DNA of 64,000 nt from Takakia lepidozioides (Eukaryota; Plantae; Bryophyta), in assembly GCA_030704615.1 (NCBI GenBank), contig CM060731.1:15066001-15130000 (forward strand), given 5' to 3'. The notes beneath the pieces are model-generated. The model was given only the letters and a program-made list of their open reading frames with translations. It was not told the DNA's origin and searched no databases. The position numbers were made by a program, and so were the translations under genes. Below are positions 36,230 through 49,900 of the stretch, in pieces. How positions within the stretch are numbered: the first letter of the stretch is position 1; each line of letters begins with the position of its first letter.

Positions 36230-39200
36230 TCAGCCTTGCACCTTTCAGCAGTTTGAGACTATTTATGACCGTCGTGCCCCGAGATCCAAGTGAAGAGACC
36301 TATATTCAGCCTCTGTCGATGATAAGGCTATAGTTGGTTGAAGTTTACTCAGCCAACTTATGGGCCCTGCTCCGAACCTGAAAATGAAGCCACTTGTTGA
36401 TCTTCTGTTGTCATAGTCCCCAGCCCAATCGGAGTCGGAATATCCGTTGATGACATTAGAGTCACCTCTCCAGTACATGATTCCCAAATCAGTTGTTCCT
36501 TTGAGGTATCTCAATATGTGCTTCACTACTTCGAGATGTGTTTCCTCAGGCCTCTCCATGAATCTGCTTGCTACTCCAACTGCATAAGTGATGTCGGGTC
36601 TAGTATTGGTCAAATAGAGAAGCTTCCCCCACCATTCTCCGATACATTGTTGCATCTACTGCTTCTGTCCCCATATCTGCTGCTAACCGAGTCCCTCTGC
36701 CATGGGCGTTTTGCTCGTTCTGCAGTCCTCCATGTTAAATTCTCTCAACATGTCCATGATGTAGAGCTTTTGCCCCATGAATATCCCTTTGTCAACATGG
36801 GTAAACTCTACTCCGAGATATCTGCTCAGTCGGACAAGGCTAGACATTTCAAAGATACTCTCGAGTTGGGTTTGGAGCCAGCTAATCTTGGTAGTATTGC
36901 TACCAGTCAACAATAGGTCATCCACATAGAGTGCTAGAATGACTGTTTTGCCATCCTCATTGAAGAAATAGAGATTACAATCTGATTCACTTCTGTTGAG
37001 ACCCTGTGCTCTCAAGTAGGTGTCTATCCTCTCATACCAGGCTCTTGGAGCCTGCTTCAATCCGTACAATGCTCTTCTTAACCTGCAGACCTTTCCATCT
37101 TCTCCTGGCTTGATAAATCCATCAGGTTGCATCATATACATTTCCTCTCTCAACTCCCCATTTAGAAAAGCGGTCTTCACGTCTAATTGATTGATCTCCC
37201 ATCCCTCATGAGCAGCCATGGCAATAACGGTTCTGATTGTCGCCCATTTTATCACTGGGGCAAACGTCTCATCATAATCCAAACCCTCAACCTGTTGGAA
37301 TCCCGTAGCCACAAGCCTTGCCTTTAATTTTTCAAGCTTTCCAGTTGATCCCATTTTTATCTTGTACACCCATTTTGTTGTTATGGGTTGTTTCCCCGAA
37401 GGAAGATCTACCAACTCCCACGTTTTGTTTTTAGCGATCGATTCCATTTCAGAGTTCATAGCTTCTCTCCAGCCTCTACTCACAATCGCTTCTTCAAAGG
37501 TTACAGGTTCTTACTCTTCTATGGACATAATGAAGTCAGTGTACCTCTTTGGTAGACGTTTCTGTCTTGTTGATTGCTGTGGCACATTCTCCTCAATATT
37601 CTCCCTCGAGTGTGCTTGTATTTCTCTCGAGATGTTGCCACTATCCAACGAAGAGCCATCATGCATCAAAGGTGATGTCACTCCTTGCATCGTCTCAATT
37701 TCACTATCAGAAAACCCTTCAGATGCATCGGTGTTTCCATCATTTGACAAAGCACGCTCTTGTATTGTAGCAGGTGATGCATGAAGCTTAGTTTTCAAGT
37801 TATCTTTCACTTCCCTGAAGACAAACTGACTGATTTGTGTCGGTTCTTGTAGTGCATCAGCGTCATTTGCCCTAAATCCAAACTGGGACTCATTGAATCT
37901 GACATCCTTGCTAATTTCAATGATTTTCTTCTTTGGATAGAACAACCTGTATGCTTTGCTTTGCTCGTCATACCCTACTAGAAGGCATCGCTGGGACTTG
38001 GATTGAAGTTTATTTCTCTTATTTTTGGCAACATGCATGAACGCCTCACAACCCTAGACTCTCAAATGGTCTAGCCGAGGTTTCTCGCCTGTAAGCTTAT
38101 GGATGGGAGTCATACCTTCGTTTGCACGAGTAGGAAGTCTATTGGCCAAATAGTTTGCCGCATTCACAGCCTCTGTCCAAAGATAATCTGGGTATAAACA
38201 TGCTCCGAGCCTTTTCCAACAGCGTTCGATTCTTCCTTTCAGAAACTCCATTTTGATGAGGAGTATATGCTTGTGTCAACTCCCTCTTAATCCCATGTTC
38301 TCTGCAAAAATTGACGAAGGCCGATGATGTAAACTCACCTCCACGGTCTGATCGCAGCGCTACTAGCTTTTCCTTGGTCTGATTTTCGGCAAGTAGCTTA
38401 AACTGTTTAATTTCTCCAAGGTCTCTGACTTCTTCTTGAGAAAAAAATATCCAAGTGAATCTGCTATAATCATCAGTAAACTTCATGATCAAGGCCTTCT
38501 CCTCAACCTTCTTGGTCCCCTTCAGCTCCCTCCTAGTTTCTTCGTGATGGATTTGAGTCACAAGCTGGTCAAGTGTAGGAAATTCGTCCCTATTGGAGAT
38601 GCTTTGTATGAATGACTCATAGCTCTCAGGTAGAGCATTGAGTATCGCCATGACGATATCTTCATTTGGTATGACATCTCCCATCGCTAGCAACTGCTGG
38701 TGCAGATTGTGCACATTTCTTAGGTAGTCAGATACACTACTACCCTCAGTCACCTTGGCACTATACAACTGATTCCTGATCAACAGTCTTCTGGCTGGAC
38801 TTGCTAAGGCAAACAAATTTTCTAGCTTGTTCCAGACTTGACGAGGATCATCAATCATCTCATCTTTCACTGAAAGATTAATCATGGCGAGTAGTCTCTG
38901 CTTCCTGCGATTTGTGAGCTCCGAGTCATCCTCCGGCTCTATGTCGGTGATGATGTTCCAGAGATCGTCACGAACGATCAGATTCTTCAATCTGAACCTC
39001 CAAGTCTGATAATTGGCTACTCCCGCCAGCTTGTTGATTTCAAAGATAATTCCCTCACTACCTCCTGTCATTCTCGACGAGTGTGGAATTTCGAGTGTTT
39101 TGAGCGTCGTTCTCCTTGCAGGACTAGTCACCTCTGACTCCTGAACACCACGCTCTTCCACTGAAATCTCTGAAGTCATGACCGTAGACACTTGTATCTA

Positions 39201-39238
39201 TCTGTAAGCTAAGGATCAAATTGCTGGCTCTGATACCA
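36230..39238 (-). mobile_element. Ty1/Copia internal region, truncated and internally deleted
   Basis: gag (Retrotran_gag_2-like) joined directly to integrase (DDYSRFTW, LRSDRGGEF, TPHQNGVSER); RT (QLDVKTAFLNG, LYVDDLL); RNase H start (SDSDWAGD...SSTEAEY); PBS TGGTATCAGAGC at 39227-39238. No 3' LTR found. Confidence 0.92.
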
Positions 39239-39610
39239 TGTTACAAAACTCAGCAACATAAAGCTCAAGCTTTACTATAATAGATCTCCACAAGAACAGT
39301 GATCTGAGACACAGACTTATAGGTCTTATATCGGTTACCTCACCTACCTATGTTTACAGCATGCCGTGTGCTAATAACTCTATCGGCTTAATGTCTATCT
39401 ACCCAGTTGTCTCTTTCATTGATGACTAACTACTTTACAAAAATCTTGCTGATTCTAGTTCTATTTGTGTGTTACAGATAACCTTGACTTTATAGTTACA
39501 GATCAGGTGGTTTGTTATTTCTACAGTGTATGTGTGTGGATTTGAACCTATCAATCCGAAGGCTCCTTAATCTGGCTCCCGCACAAGCCACCCATCGACC
39601 TCCCATCGAC
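39239..39610 (-). repeat. Probable 5' LTR of the Copia element (outer boundary uncertain)
   Basis: Minus-strand ...AACA lies immediately before the PBS; no partner LTR is present to define the length. Confidence 0.5.
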
Positions 39611-40469
39611 AACTTCCCACAACCATGGAATTCATGAGAACTTTAGGATCAATAGTAGAGCGTGGTGAAGCTCATTCTGGTTTATGGGAAAAGAATTATA
39701 CACGGCTCTTGCTCATTATTGGAAACTATAAGCTCAGCGCACGGCGAAACCAATTTCAGCCGAAGTTGTAGAGAGTATTTTATCTGGATCAGCAGGTCAA
39801 GCAAGGCTTCTACTCGTTGCAGTTACATTGCTAGACATATCAGTCTTCCAGAAGTACAGATCTACAATATAGTAGCTCTCATTTGGTTAAATTTCATTGG
39901 TTAAAGAGTTCATCTGACTTCTCCATGTTCAGATCGGTCAAAAGTCCTGTGTACTCATTCAATCACAACAGCAATACAAGCACTTGTGTGTGACTAATGT
40001 TTGGTACTGCTTGGTGAATGTTGTATGTATCACCCATGAATCTGCTAAATGGCGGGGCCATGTCCTTACTCACTTCACCAAGATGTCACAAAGGTGTCCT
40101 TCCACCTGGAAAGCAGTAGCCCTTCCGGGTCAAGAGACACCATACTTTATGCTTCGTTTGGGGGAGGCGTCATACCTTGTTTTTTCTTATCATGCTTCAA
40201 TACCAAACTTTCGTCTTTGTTTCTCAGATCTCTACCTCAAACTAAGAGAGAGAAGACTCCGGCCGAAGCCGGTGCAACTAAGAGCCACTTCGCCTTGCAG
40301 CTACTGCCCCTTTTCAGGGGTGGGCCCTATGTGAACAAGAAACCAGTGTCTAGGGGACACGGCCATGTAACCGAGGGGGGGAGGAAGGTACCTGTGGGGC
40401 AATGGGTACCACTGGATACCCATGGGGTACCCATTGGGTACTCGAGGCCCCCAAGGTGCCTAGGAAGCG

Positions 40470-41520
40470 AGTGGGGGGTTTCTAGTTGTCGCTTGTTGGT
40501 CATGATAGCCATAAGAGAACGAAGAGCTGTAAGGTGTATGGCTTTAAAGCATTTATGTATAGAGGTGATGGGGAGTTTAAAATTGTTTTGAAGCGCAGAG
40601 ATGCTGACGTTATGGATGCCGCCTCTGGTGCCGGCAGTGATGACCGTAAATAGGCCTGTGTTCTAGCTGCGACGGCGGATGGCTAGGATGAGTGGTCGTA
40701 TTTCTGTCGTTTTTCGAGAGTGGAGGTGCCCGGAAAGCGGTCATGGCAATAGGTGAATTCAATGAAGTGTATGGTGAGTGCTTGGGTCGGGTCGATGGGT
40801 GGGGGAGCGTTTATGGGGAGTCCCTGGACCAACAGAATGTCAAGGCAGAGTCTAGCTGGGCAAGTACAAGATGCGCGTGGTTGACATACACAGGGAAGTA
40901 GCCAGTCCGGCACCATGTGATCGACTAAATCATTCCTTATTCCTTCCCTAGCGTCAAAACATTGTTCAAATGTGCAAGGGATTGTTGGGCGGTATTTTCC
41001 CCCCTTCTGACTCATTTGCTTGCTGCAAGACAACTTAAAACTATATAGTATTCTTGAGCATTGACCATACTTTCCCCCAACATAGCTTAGTTCCTCACAG
41101 GCATGAGAATTTGGAGCAGACATTAGAGGAAGATTGGTCTTGTAGTGCATCACTGCTGACAGGTCGCCCACAAAAGGATAATCCCCACTATTAGAGGAAT
41201 GACATGGTGCCCAAATTTTCATCAGTGAGAAGTTAAAAGTACCATTAATATTCCGAACCATCCAAGCGGATGCTCCTTGTCCTTGAAGACATCCACGTCC
41301 GCACATCCAACAAGGCTCGATATGTATCTTGCATCTATGAAGACCCGGCCACGATTTCTTAGTTAGAGAGGATGCCGCCTTATTGGGCAGGATTTTTGGG
41401 TTAGGATGGCACCTTACGTAGCGCAAGATTCCTGCTCTTGTGAGCGGCCAGGCTGAGAAAACTTTCATGTGTGTTGACAATTGACAACCTTAACATATTG
41501 GAGGACGGATATGACGTTTT
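40470..41520 (-). mobile_element. Non-LTR retrotransposon 3' relic with a restriction-like endonuclease (RLE) domain
   Basis: RLCLDILLVQG...IHFIEFTYCHDRFP...EKRQKYD matches the PD-(D/E)...E...K..KY RLE motif of R2-superclade elements; degenerate. Confidence 0.65.
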
Positions 41521-41883
41521 TCAACAGTCAAGATCACATTTGAGGCATATATTCACATTTGAGGCACATATCAATGTGACAGAGTAATCGACTATCTTCC
41601 CTGCAATCATTGCCCTTATTTGGGGGACTTATTCAGCTTACTGTGCTGTCCCTAATAATTAATATACCTATGGTTCATGTTTATGTTTTTCTTTGGAGCC
41701 TCCACCTGCAGAGCCCACCACTTATTAGTGGTGACACAATAACTACTAGTCATGGACTTTCATTTTTATACCCTCTCGGGGATGTGGGTAGAAGCCTTCC
41801 GAACCCTAACGGGGTGGACCTTCTAGAAGGTTTGCCTTGTGACACGTGTGAGCCCTAGAAACCAGCATGCCACACCTTCTTAC

Positions 41884-42766
41884 CAATGTTGGGCGGGTAT
41901 TACTTTTTCTAATACCAGCCGGGTCCAGGTATTGAAAAGAAATTAATTTGCAATACCAGCCGGTTCCAATAGTATTGAAAGATTCTCTTAATTTTAATAC
42001 CTGCCGGTTCTCAATAGTAATATGATTTTCGATTTGCAGACGGGTATCAATAGGATGGGTATTCCAATCTAATACCAGCCGGTTATCAACCCGGGGTATA
42101 AATAATGATAATAAAAATTAAAAATAAACACTAAATTATTAATATGTAATGAATTTAGAAGATTTCAATTGATTTCACAAGGAAATTAATTATTATGTTG
42201 CAAACTTCAATCTTTGCTTTACATAATAACGGCGTTGCAGATTTTAGTATCCAAATTGAAGCAAGCTTAGTTAAAAGAAGACCGATTGCAACCCTCATAA
42301 TCGTCAAATAAACCAACATCTGCAATGAGGTCCTCATATTCATCAATCATATTCTCTTCCTACCCGCGCGAAACCACCTTGCAATCCGTCCAGCCAATTC
42401 TTTAAAATAAAGAATAGGGGCGGGCCCGCCCTACATGTGGTAAGAAATGAAGCATAGTGGCAGGCCGTTGGGACTGGACATGCCCTCTGCCACATGTGCA
42501 GCCTCGCACCTCTGCCATATTGTGCACCCAACCAATTTACTATTCATACCATGGTATAGTCATTGTTTTTGCCCATAATACGGGTATGCACCCGGGTATT
42601 GGCTTAGCAATACCAGCCGGTCCGGTTATCAACCATAGTATTGGAATTGCCAATACCAGCCGGTCCGGTTATTAACCATAGTATTACAAAAGCCAATACC
42701 AACCAGGTCGGTTATTCAATACCCTGGTTGATACCCGGCCAGACCCTATATACCAGTCCAACACTG
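41884..42766. mobile_element. Non-autonomous hAT element (883 bp)
   Basis: TIRs CAATGTTGG / CCAACACTG; perfect 8-bp TSD CTTCTTAC (41876-41883 and 42767-42774); many AATACCAGCCGG subterminal repeats. Confidence 0.9.
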
Positions 42767-43916
42767 CTTCTTACCCACACAATTTGCAGTCTGAACCCTC
42801 CCCCATTTAATAGCTGTCGGCTTCATGCCTTGTTTTTTCTTACCCCCCTTCCATGACGGTTACTAATTCAAGTCCTAGGCCCCGTATTCAACAGGCCCAG
42901 AAGGCCCTTGTTATATCCAGGAAGGCACTCTTTACATCCCCAGACTCTCTAACATGAAGTAAGGTAATGTCCTTGGTCTTGGGTATTTTTTCCAAGACAC
43001 CTTTTACAAGGCCTTTACCTCCTTTAATTTTTGAAAACCAAAATAACAAGAAAGCATACCTCTTTTTCCAAAAAAATTAAAATTGTGTACATATGCATAT
43101 CTTGTATTTTGTTTTTCGAAGTCAAGAGATATCAAGTCCAAACATCAAACATGGCCACATTTGCGTCTAGCTTATCCTTGTCGCACATTTTGCATACGGG
43201 CTGGAAAAAATCGTTAACCTGGGACTAGGAGGCTCGCCCCGCACCGCAGGGTTAATGAGTGAATCGCTGGCCGGCAGCTGCCCGGCTGGGGCTGTACATG
43301 CCCAACCCTGCATGTGCACCTGTCCAACATTGGTTGATACTTATACCTTGTGCATGGTCCTTGTTCTTGCCCCTAATGCGGATATTGCACTGGTGTTGCC
43401 TTTGTCAATACCAGCCCAGGTAGGGTATTGACTATTGACCTGGATATTGGGAGTGCCAATTCTAGGAGGATGGGCTCTTAATCCAGTAATACAAAAGTAA
43501 GTACTAAATACTTATAAACCGTAGTTGATAACCAGCCAGACCAGGCCACAAAACGCCTAGGTACATACTCATTCCCATACATTTGTGGTTCATATTTCAT
43601 ATGCCAGGAATGTACTTTTAACTTTGAGATTACCAAAGAATGGTATGGTATTGTAGCATATGATGCATAAATAAGAATAGGCCATAGAGTACATACATCA
43701 TGCGTGTCCTTGGTTCCCATGGTTTGCAGTTGGTAAGGATTGGATGGAGGGTGGACAGTGCAGATGTGACAAGTTTGTAGATCCAGTAGCACTGACAAGG
43801 TAACTCTCTCTCCTGCTTAGGGCCTGTGGCCATTCGTATACAACAAGGGCAGTGCAGAAAAAAGAAGCCAAGGCGAGGAGAAGCCTGAGACACAACAGAT
43901 ATGAGAAACATATTTA

Positions 43917-46900
43917 TCAATTGCAGTACAACTTCACCACTGTGTCAGCCCCGGCCGTGAACAACCATGGCTGCTTCGGATGAAATTCACAGTCCAACAC
44001 ACCTGCACAGCATGGAAACAGGCAAGTGTTACAGTAAGTAGGCAACTTTCTTTTTCAGCCTCGTACGTTGGGTTCTGCTAGGCCTTCCTGATGGTCAGCT
44101 CTAACTCTTCCTCCAGCTCGAGAGTAGCAGAGGAAGACAACCATGATTCTCTGGGAGGGTGACCCTGATATGCCCCAGATGATTAGTTACAGATCCTTTG
44201 AATTACTGTTGCAATTTCGTTCATTCCATGGACAAGTAACTTCAACCACAGCTTGAGTACTAATGCCATCTATCTCCAAGCAAGTCATCAAGTCAAGGGG
44301 GTCTAACACCATCAAATTGTAGTGAAGGAGAGTTGGCTGCTTGTTGCAAAACTCATATGATGGTATCTTTATGAGCACATAGATACAAAAACAACAAGCA
44401 GATTGTGTTGTAAGGGACTCACCTCTACCATTTACTGTTTTATGACCTCGTAGGATTTTAAGAGGAACAATAAGGGGGTTCTGCAGAAGGTCTGAGTACA
44501 CCATGCCGTGGAAGACGTGCGCGGTGCCATCATCAGAAGATGAGGCAAAAAGAGGATATGTCTTATGGTAGGCCACCGCACTGATGTCTTGTTCATGGTT
44601 CCTGTTTACCCCCATCCATCCATCATATCAAATGGGGCTGTTGGATAAATACCAATCAGCAAATCCCAGCATTGAAAATCAATCAACATTCTTCCAAACC
44701 ACATGATAGATGATACTTAGTCATCCATACATGCACACAATTAGAATCACATGCCTTGTCCCTTCCATAACAAAGTGTTAAGATCCCGTGAGGAAAACCA
44801 TGCCAAATATAAGTGACCATGGCACTAAAGCTTCCACTTAAGTACATGAAATACAGCTTTCAAGCCAGTCACAGGAAGAGATTTACTTGACAGTTTTGTA
44901 AGGCTTGGTTGATAGATCCATGTCGAACCACACAAGTTTTGATTCCTGACTCCCCAATATCAGATTGTCCCCTGTGTCCATCCAATTACACAATTAGTAT
45001 CGCAATGCATGGAGTGTGAAGTAAAAACTTCAATGCTACCATAATCAATGAAAATGAAATTAAGAGCTCTGACTTACCCCCAGGGTGGATGGCCATTGCA
45101 GATATCTCATTGAGGCTTGTGAGGAGTTTCTTGGCAAGCTGTTGCTTGGCCAGGTTGTAAACACGGACATGCATCTTTGTCGCTACAAAGAGAAAAGGAC
45201 GGTGAGGGTGGAATAGCACTCGAATCACGCGCCCATGGTGCTTGCGGAATGGGTTTTGAGTCTGTTGCTTCGATAGTTGGTGTACCAGCACTGCCCTTGT
45301 GTTGCGTGTTGCCTTCTCCATTAAGGGACACCTTGATTTTAGCATTCCTCTCTTACACAAACACAGCATGACTGACTGACTGGAGCCACATTTCACTATA
45401 TCTCAGATAGAAGCCAGATGGCTGCATCGGCATTTTTCTCAAAACCGCCTACGTGGCCCCACAGCTGGAGCTGGGCATGACAATTTAAAGGTCACTTTCC
45501 TTCCAACACAGAGGTCTGAATCCAGAGGCGACTCCTACCAATCTTCACAAAGAATGGTCAATGAGTTCATCTCTCTCCAAACACTACCACCACAGAAATA
45601 TAAGTGAATACAGGAGGATATCATCAGGAGAGACAGTAGCAAAATAGTCGCCTTTATGATGCCATGCAAGAGAATGCACCACCTGTCAAACCATCCGCAT
45701 ACAAAAGCTAAGTACAGTTATACCAAGCAACCAAGGCATACTTTTTGACCAACAAAAGCCTGTCTGCGGAACTGCATATTGTCACCGGGCTCTAAAATTG
45801 TGAAATTCTTACAAGGAAATATAACTTCGTGTGGTCTCTGAGAGGGCTTTCAAATTCCCCAGTAATTGGGTGAGACCATTGCCAGAGAAGAGACATTTCC
45901 TAAATGTGATCACACTTGTCTGTGCCACAAAACCCAAGGTGTATCTTTCAGCAAATGGAAGCTCTCAGCTGAAGATCTGTTATTCCTCAAGAGACATTTC
46001 TCACATACACCCTCCTTTCAGAACAGTGCCAGGATAGCAGTGGCCGGAGGAAGGTTTAGTCTTCAGTCCAATTCTCCTTTCTATGGGACTCAAGGGACGG
46101 GCCATATGCGTTTCACAGGACTCGTCTTTCTTAGCCGTGGGCTATCACCTTGTCATACTGAAAGGCGAGAAACTGGAAGGTGATCAATTATAAGTACCTG
46201 TTGATGACTCAATTTGAGACCTGAAAACTTCTCATAACTATTCCAGATTGCCAGTGGCCCTGCATCTGCAATTTGGAAACAACCGGTTGTTTCATGAACA
46301 GACTATCCTCTGCACATCACATGCCTCAGGAACAAATACCTTTATCGACTGCTTGACAGCAAGATAAGAGGGTCATGGTGTTCCTACAAGAATTACATCA
46401 GAGCAACTAGCACACAGGAGTACTAGTATATTACCTGGACATCTTGGCAGATAGTTAGCTGGTGGCAAGGTGCAGATCTTGGGCACCACGAGCACAAACT
46501 CTTTAAACTCAAGATGCTTGTATTTCAAACACACAACAATTACTGCCACAAAGAAGCTCAAGATACCTGGTTCATTTGGTGTCAGAGGCTGGTTGTTCAG
46601 AGTTAGAAGTGTGGCAACGCCTGCACGTGCCTCTTCCCCACCCAGCTCCGTATTCAATAGCACCACATCCTTTTCCCTGCAGCATTCACACAGTCAATAG
46701 ATGGTAAGTCAAAACTCCCAGTGAAAAAAATATCTTCAAAATCCCTCATGTAACGTGCCTTGAGGCACTATCCAAATCACTCCACGTAGACAACAAATGG
46801 TCTCTAAGATCTCTTATCTCTAAGAGAACTGTTCAAACAAGACTGCCATTTAACCCCAAAGATTTGCAAATGTGACAATGACCAGAGTTGCTTTCTCCAG

Positions 46901-49900
46901 AAAGACAGTCACATGAGAACACCTGGCCACAGATCCAAGTCATGGGAGACTAGATAGACTTACACAGCAACTGCAAGTACGCTAAGTTGGGGGTTTGGAT
47001 TCCACTCCAGGTAGCGGATGCGTGCACCCATGTCCCAGACCCTGCAACAGCGTCCCGTTTGCACCTCCCATAGGCGCACAGTCCCATCATGCGAGCCTTC
47101 ACAGTAATTTACAGCATTCAAGTTGGTTAGTGAGGGTTTTAGACATCCTGGGTCATGCTCATGAACATGGAAAGTATCTACTTAAGATAGATGCACAAAC
47201 CCAAACTGCCTGCCACATTAACCTCTACTTGGATAGTCACAACCTTCAGTTACAGGTACTTGGCAAATAGCAGTGAGCTATAAGCAGTGACATACAGCTC
47301 ACTGCTGACTGCTACCAAATTCACCATGTCTGTACCCACTGCTTCTCAAAAGGCAGAAGCAGTGAGCTAAAGGCACCAGTGGCAAGATATTATTGGTTAA
47401 ACAGTATCCATACTCCAGCATCCATGTGGCTCTCTCATGTAGTTCTAGATGCAATAGTATCACATCTCAGGCCTTAGAGATTGAGGTTACCAGAATCGAG
47501 CACAAGGCCAGGATATAAAACAGACTACTTGGCCACAGCTAGTGATTACAAAACACTTCTGGAAAAGACATGGGTAAGGCATCAGACTACTTTTAAAACA
47601 ATCAGCTGGCACCATACATTGCCATCATGTTAAGTCTTCTCATCCCTTGCCTTCACCACGTGACTCATCAAATCCCTCAACCTCACATGTATCTCTGCTC
47701 GAGATCTGGCGGCTCAAATATGACTGACGATTCTTTAGGAATTAGAGACCGATGTACAGAACAAGGGGGAAAAAAGATCGTTAACCTGAAGCCAGCCACT
47801 CCCCAGAAGAGTCGGTCGCAATAGATGACACAGCTCCTGTGTGCCCCCGGTACTCCAGAAAGCAGACTGTAGGGAATGGTTGCAAGTCCTTTGGCTTAGG
47901 CAGCTTCGGAATGAGAGTCTCTGGATCAATGTTGATCTGCATTGCCAGTTTAGACAAGACTGATCAAAGTCTCAGTCCCAGTATCAGTATTTCGAAGGAA
48001 AAGGAAATGTGATTAAGATGACAACAACCAAGTCAAGGATGCTGAATTGCATCTGTGAGACTCTTCTGTAACTTCAGCAAAGCCAATGAAGTCCTATGGG
48101 AGCCAGGCAAAAAATTATACTCACTGCCAAGGTTTTCAGCATTCACATTAGCAGCTCAGGAAAAACATGCTTTAATAGTAAGTGGCAATCGAACAGCACT
48201 GCAAAGAAAAGAGCATGATGTAGCCAAAAGAAGACTGACCCTTTTTTTCCTTGTCCGAGGACACAGATAGAGATCCAAGCAGCGCTCAAAACTCTCCTTG
48301 ATGAAATCTGCATATGCCGGAACCTTACGCAGTGATTCAAATCTGCAAGGATGGCAAGGGAAGCATGACCATAACTGAGAGAAAAACTCAGACCTATGAG
48401 CTGAGTTCACCATTATTCCCTGACCATAAAATCAGTGTCTGAGAATCTCAGGCAGCCTGTTGGGACAACAATTTGGTAAAGAATCATGACAGGAAGTTAC
48501 AAAAGCATAGAATGCATGAAGAAAGTATTTATCCCAGAACAGCCAAATCTAGACCAAAGGTATTTTTGAGCAATTAGGCACTTGGACTTCTGGTGGCAAA
48601 CTCTTCAAAGGGGCTAGATAATAACTTCAAGGAATTGAAGTAATCTGCCAGCAACACAACAATAGTGTACCCAGATGCGGTCCTACACCAAATACTCATA
48701 ACGGAACCCAGATAACATATTATAATTGGCATGTGGTACCATTCCCCAAGCTCATGCTATTAGTATCTGAACAGAGCTTTAAAGGAAATAAAGGACTGAG
48801 TTTATATAGCACATTTGGAGGGGTCAAAGTTAGGAGTTATATCTCCAATCCTCGACAGTGACATATGTGCAACCATCCAGCCAAATGCTGAAAAGGTAGG
48901 TGAAACCATATTCCTTGATAACACCTCGAAATAGACTCTGAATGCTGATGTCGTACCACTATCTAAGCTCATACTGTCAGTATCTCAACAGAGCTGTCAA
49001 CGGAATAATGAACTGAATTGATGTAGCACATTTGCGGGGGTCGAAGTTTTATCTCCAATCCTCAACAGTGATAAATAGAATTCAACAAATCCTTTCAATC
49101 AAGCAGGAGAATACCTTTTAGGGATAAATTTTGGGCGGTCTTCTTCATACATCAGCTCGTACGAATTTATCTCTTCTTGGGTGGGGATGTATTCTACTGG
49201 TGGATTGTATGATTCCTCATGTCCTGCATCAATGACCAATTCAAACAGATGAGAGCTACACGTCTTAGATCTCATGCCCCTCCATCATGCATGTATTCCA
49301 AAGCTAATGATAGGGAAGTGCAGAGGACCTCTTACCAGGTAGTTTCGGCTTTGGAGCAGGTATGTAGGCCAGGCCATTCGCAGTCTTGTCAGCAGTACGG
49401 AGGTCATCACCCCACAATAAGTAAAAGCGTGGTTTATCTTTCGGTTTTTCCAGCTTTATCCATCCCTTCCGCAGTGCCCGTACCAATTTCACCACCTGGT
49501 AGGTACATGCGTTGCAGCCAATTGTCAGAACAGTCTTCTCCTCTAAGATTGCCATTGACTAACTGATAGCAAATTTCTTTGGACCCACCATCTTGTGATC
49601 TTTCTTCAGCCTTAAATTGAGGCTTCAGCCCACCTACTTGAGACCCTTGGAGAGTAGTGTGCTATTGGACATGGGTATATTCTGGAAGGACCATGAATAT
49701 CTCCAGAGCCAATGCCTGCTATCCTCACAAGATTATCTGTGAAACTCAACTTCTGCATGATTCATGATGGAAGAGCACCCCATCCAATAAGCAATACGAG
49801 TCAATATTGCTACATCGAAGCCACGGAATCAGGAACTGTGCTCTGAGTGATCTGATTCCAGCAAACATTGCAAGCTTGACCTGTGTAACGATCACTTACG

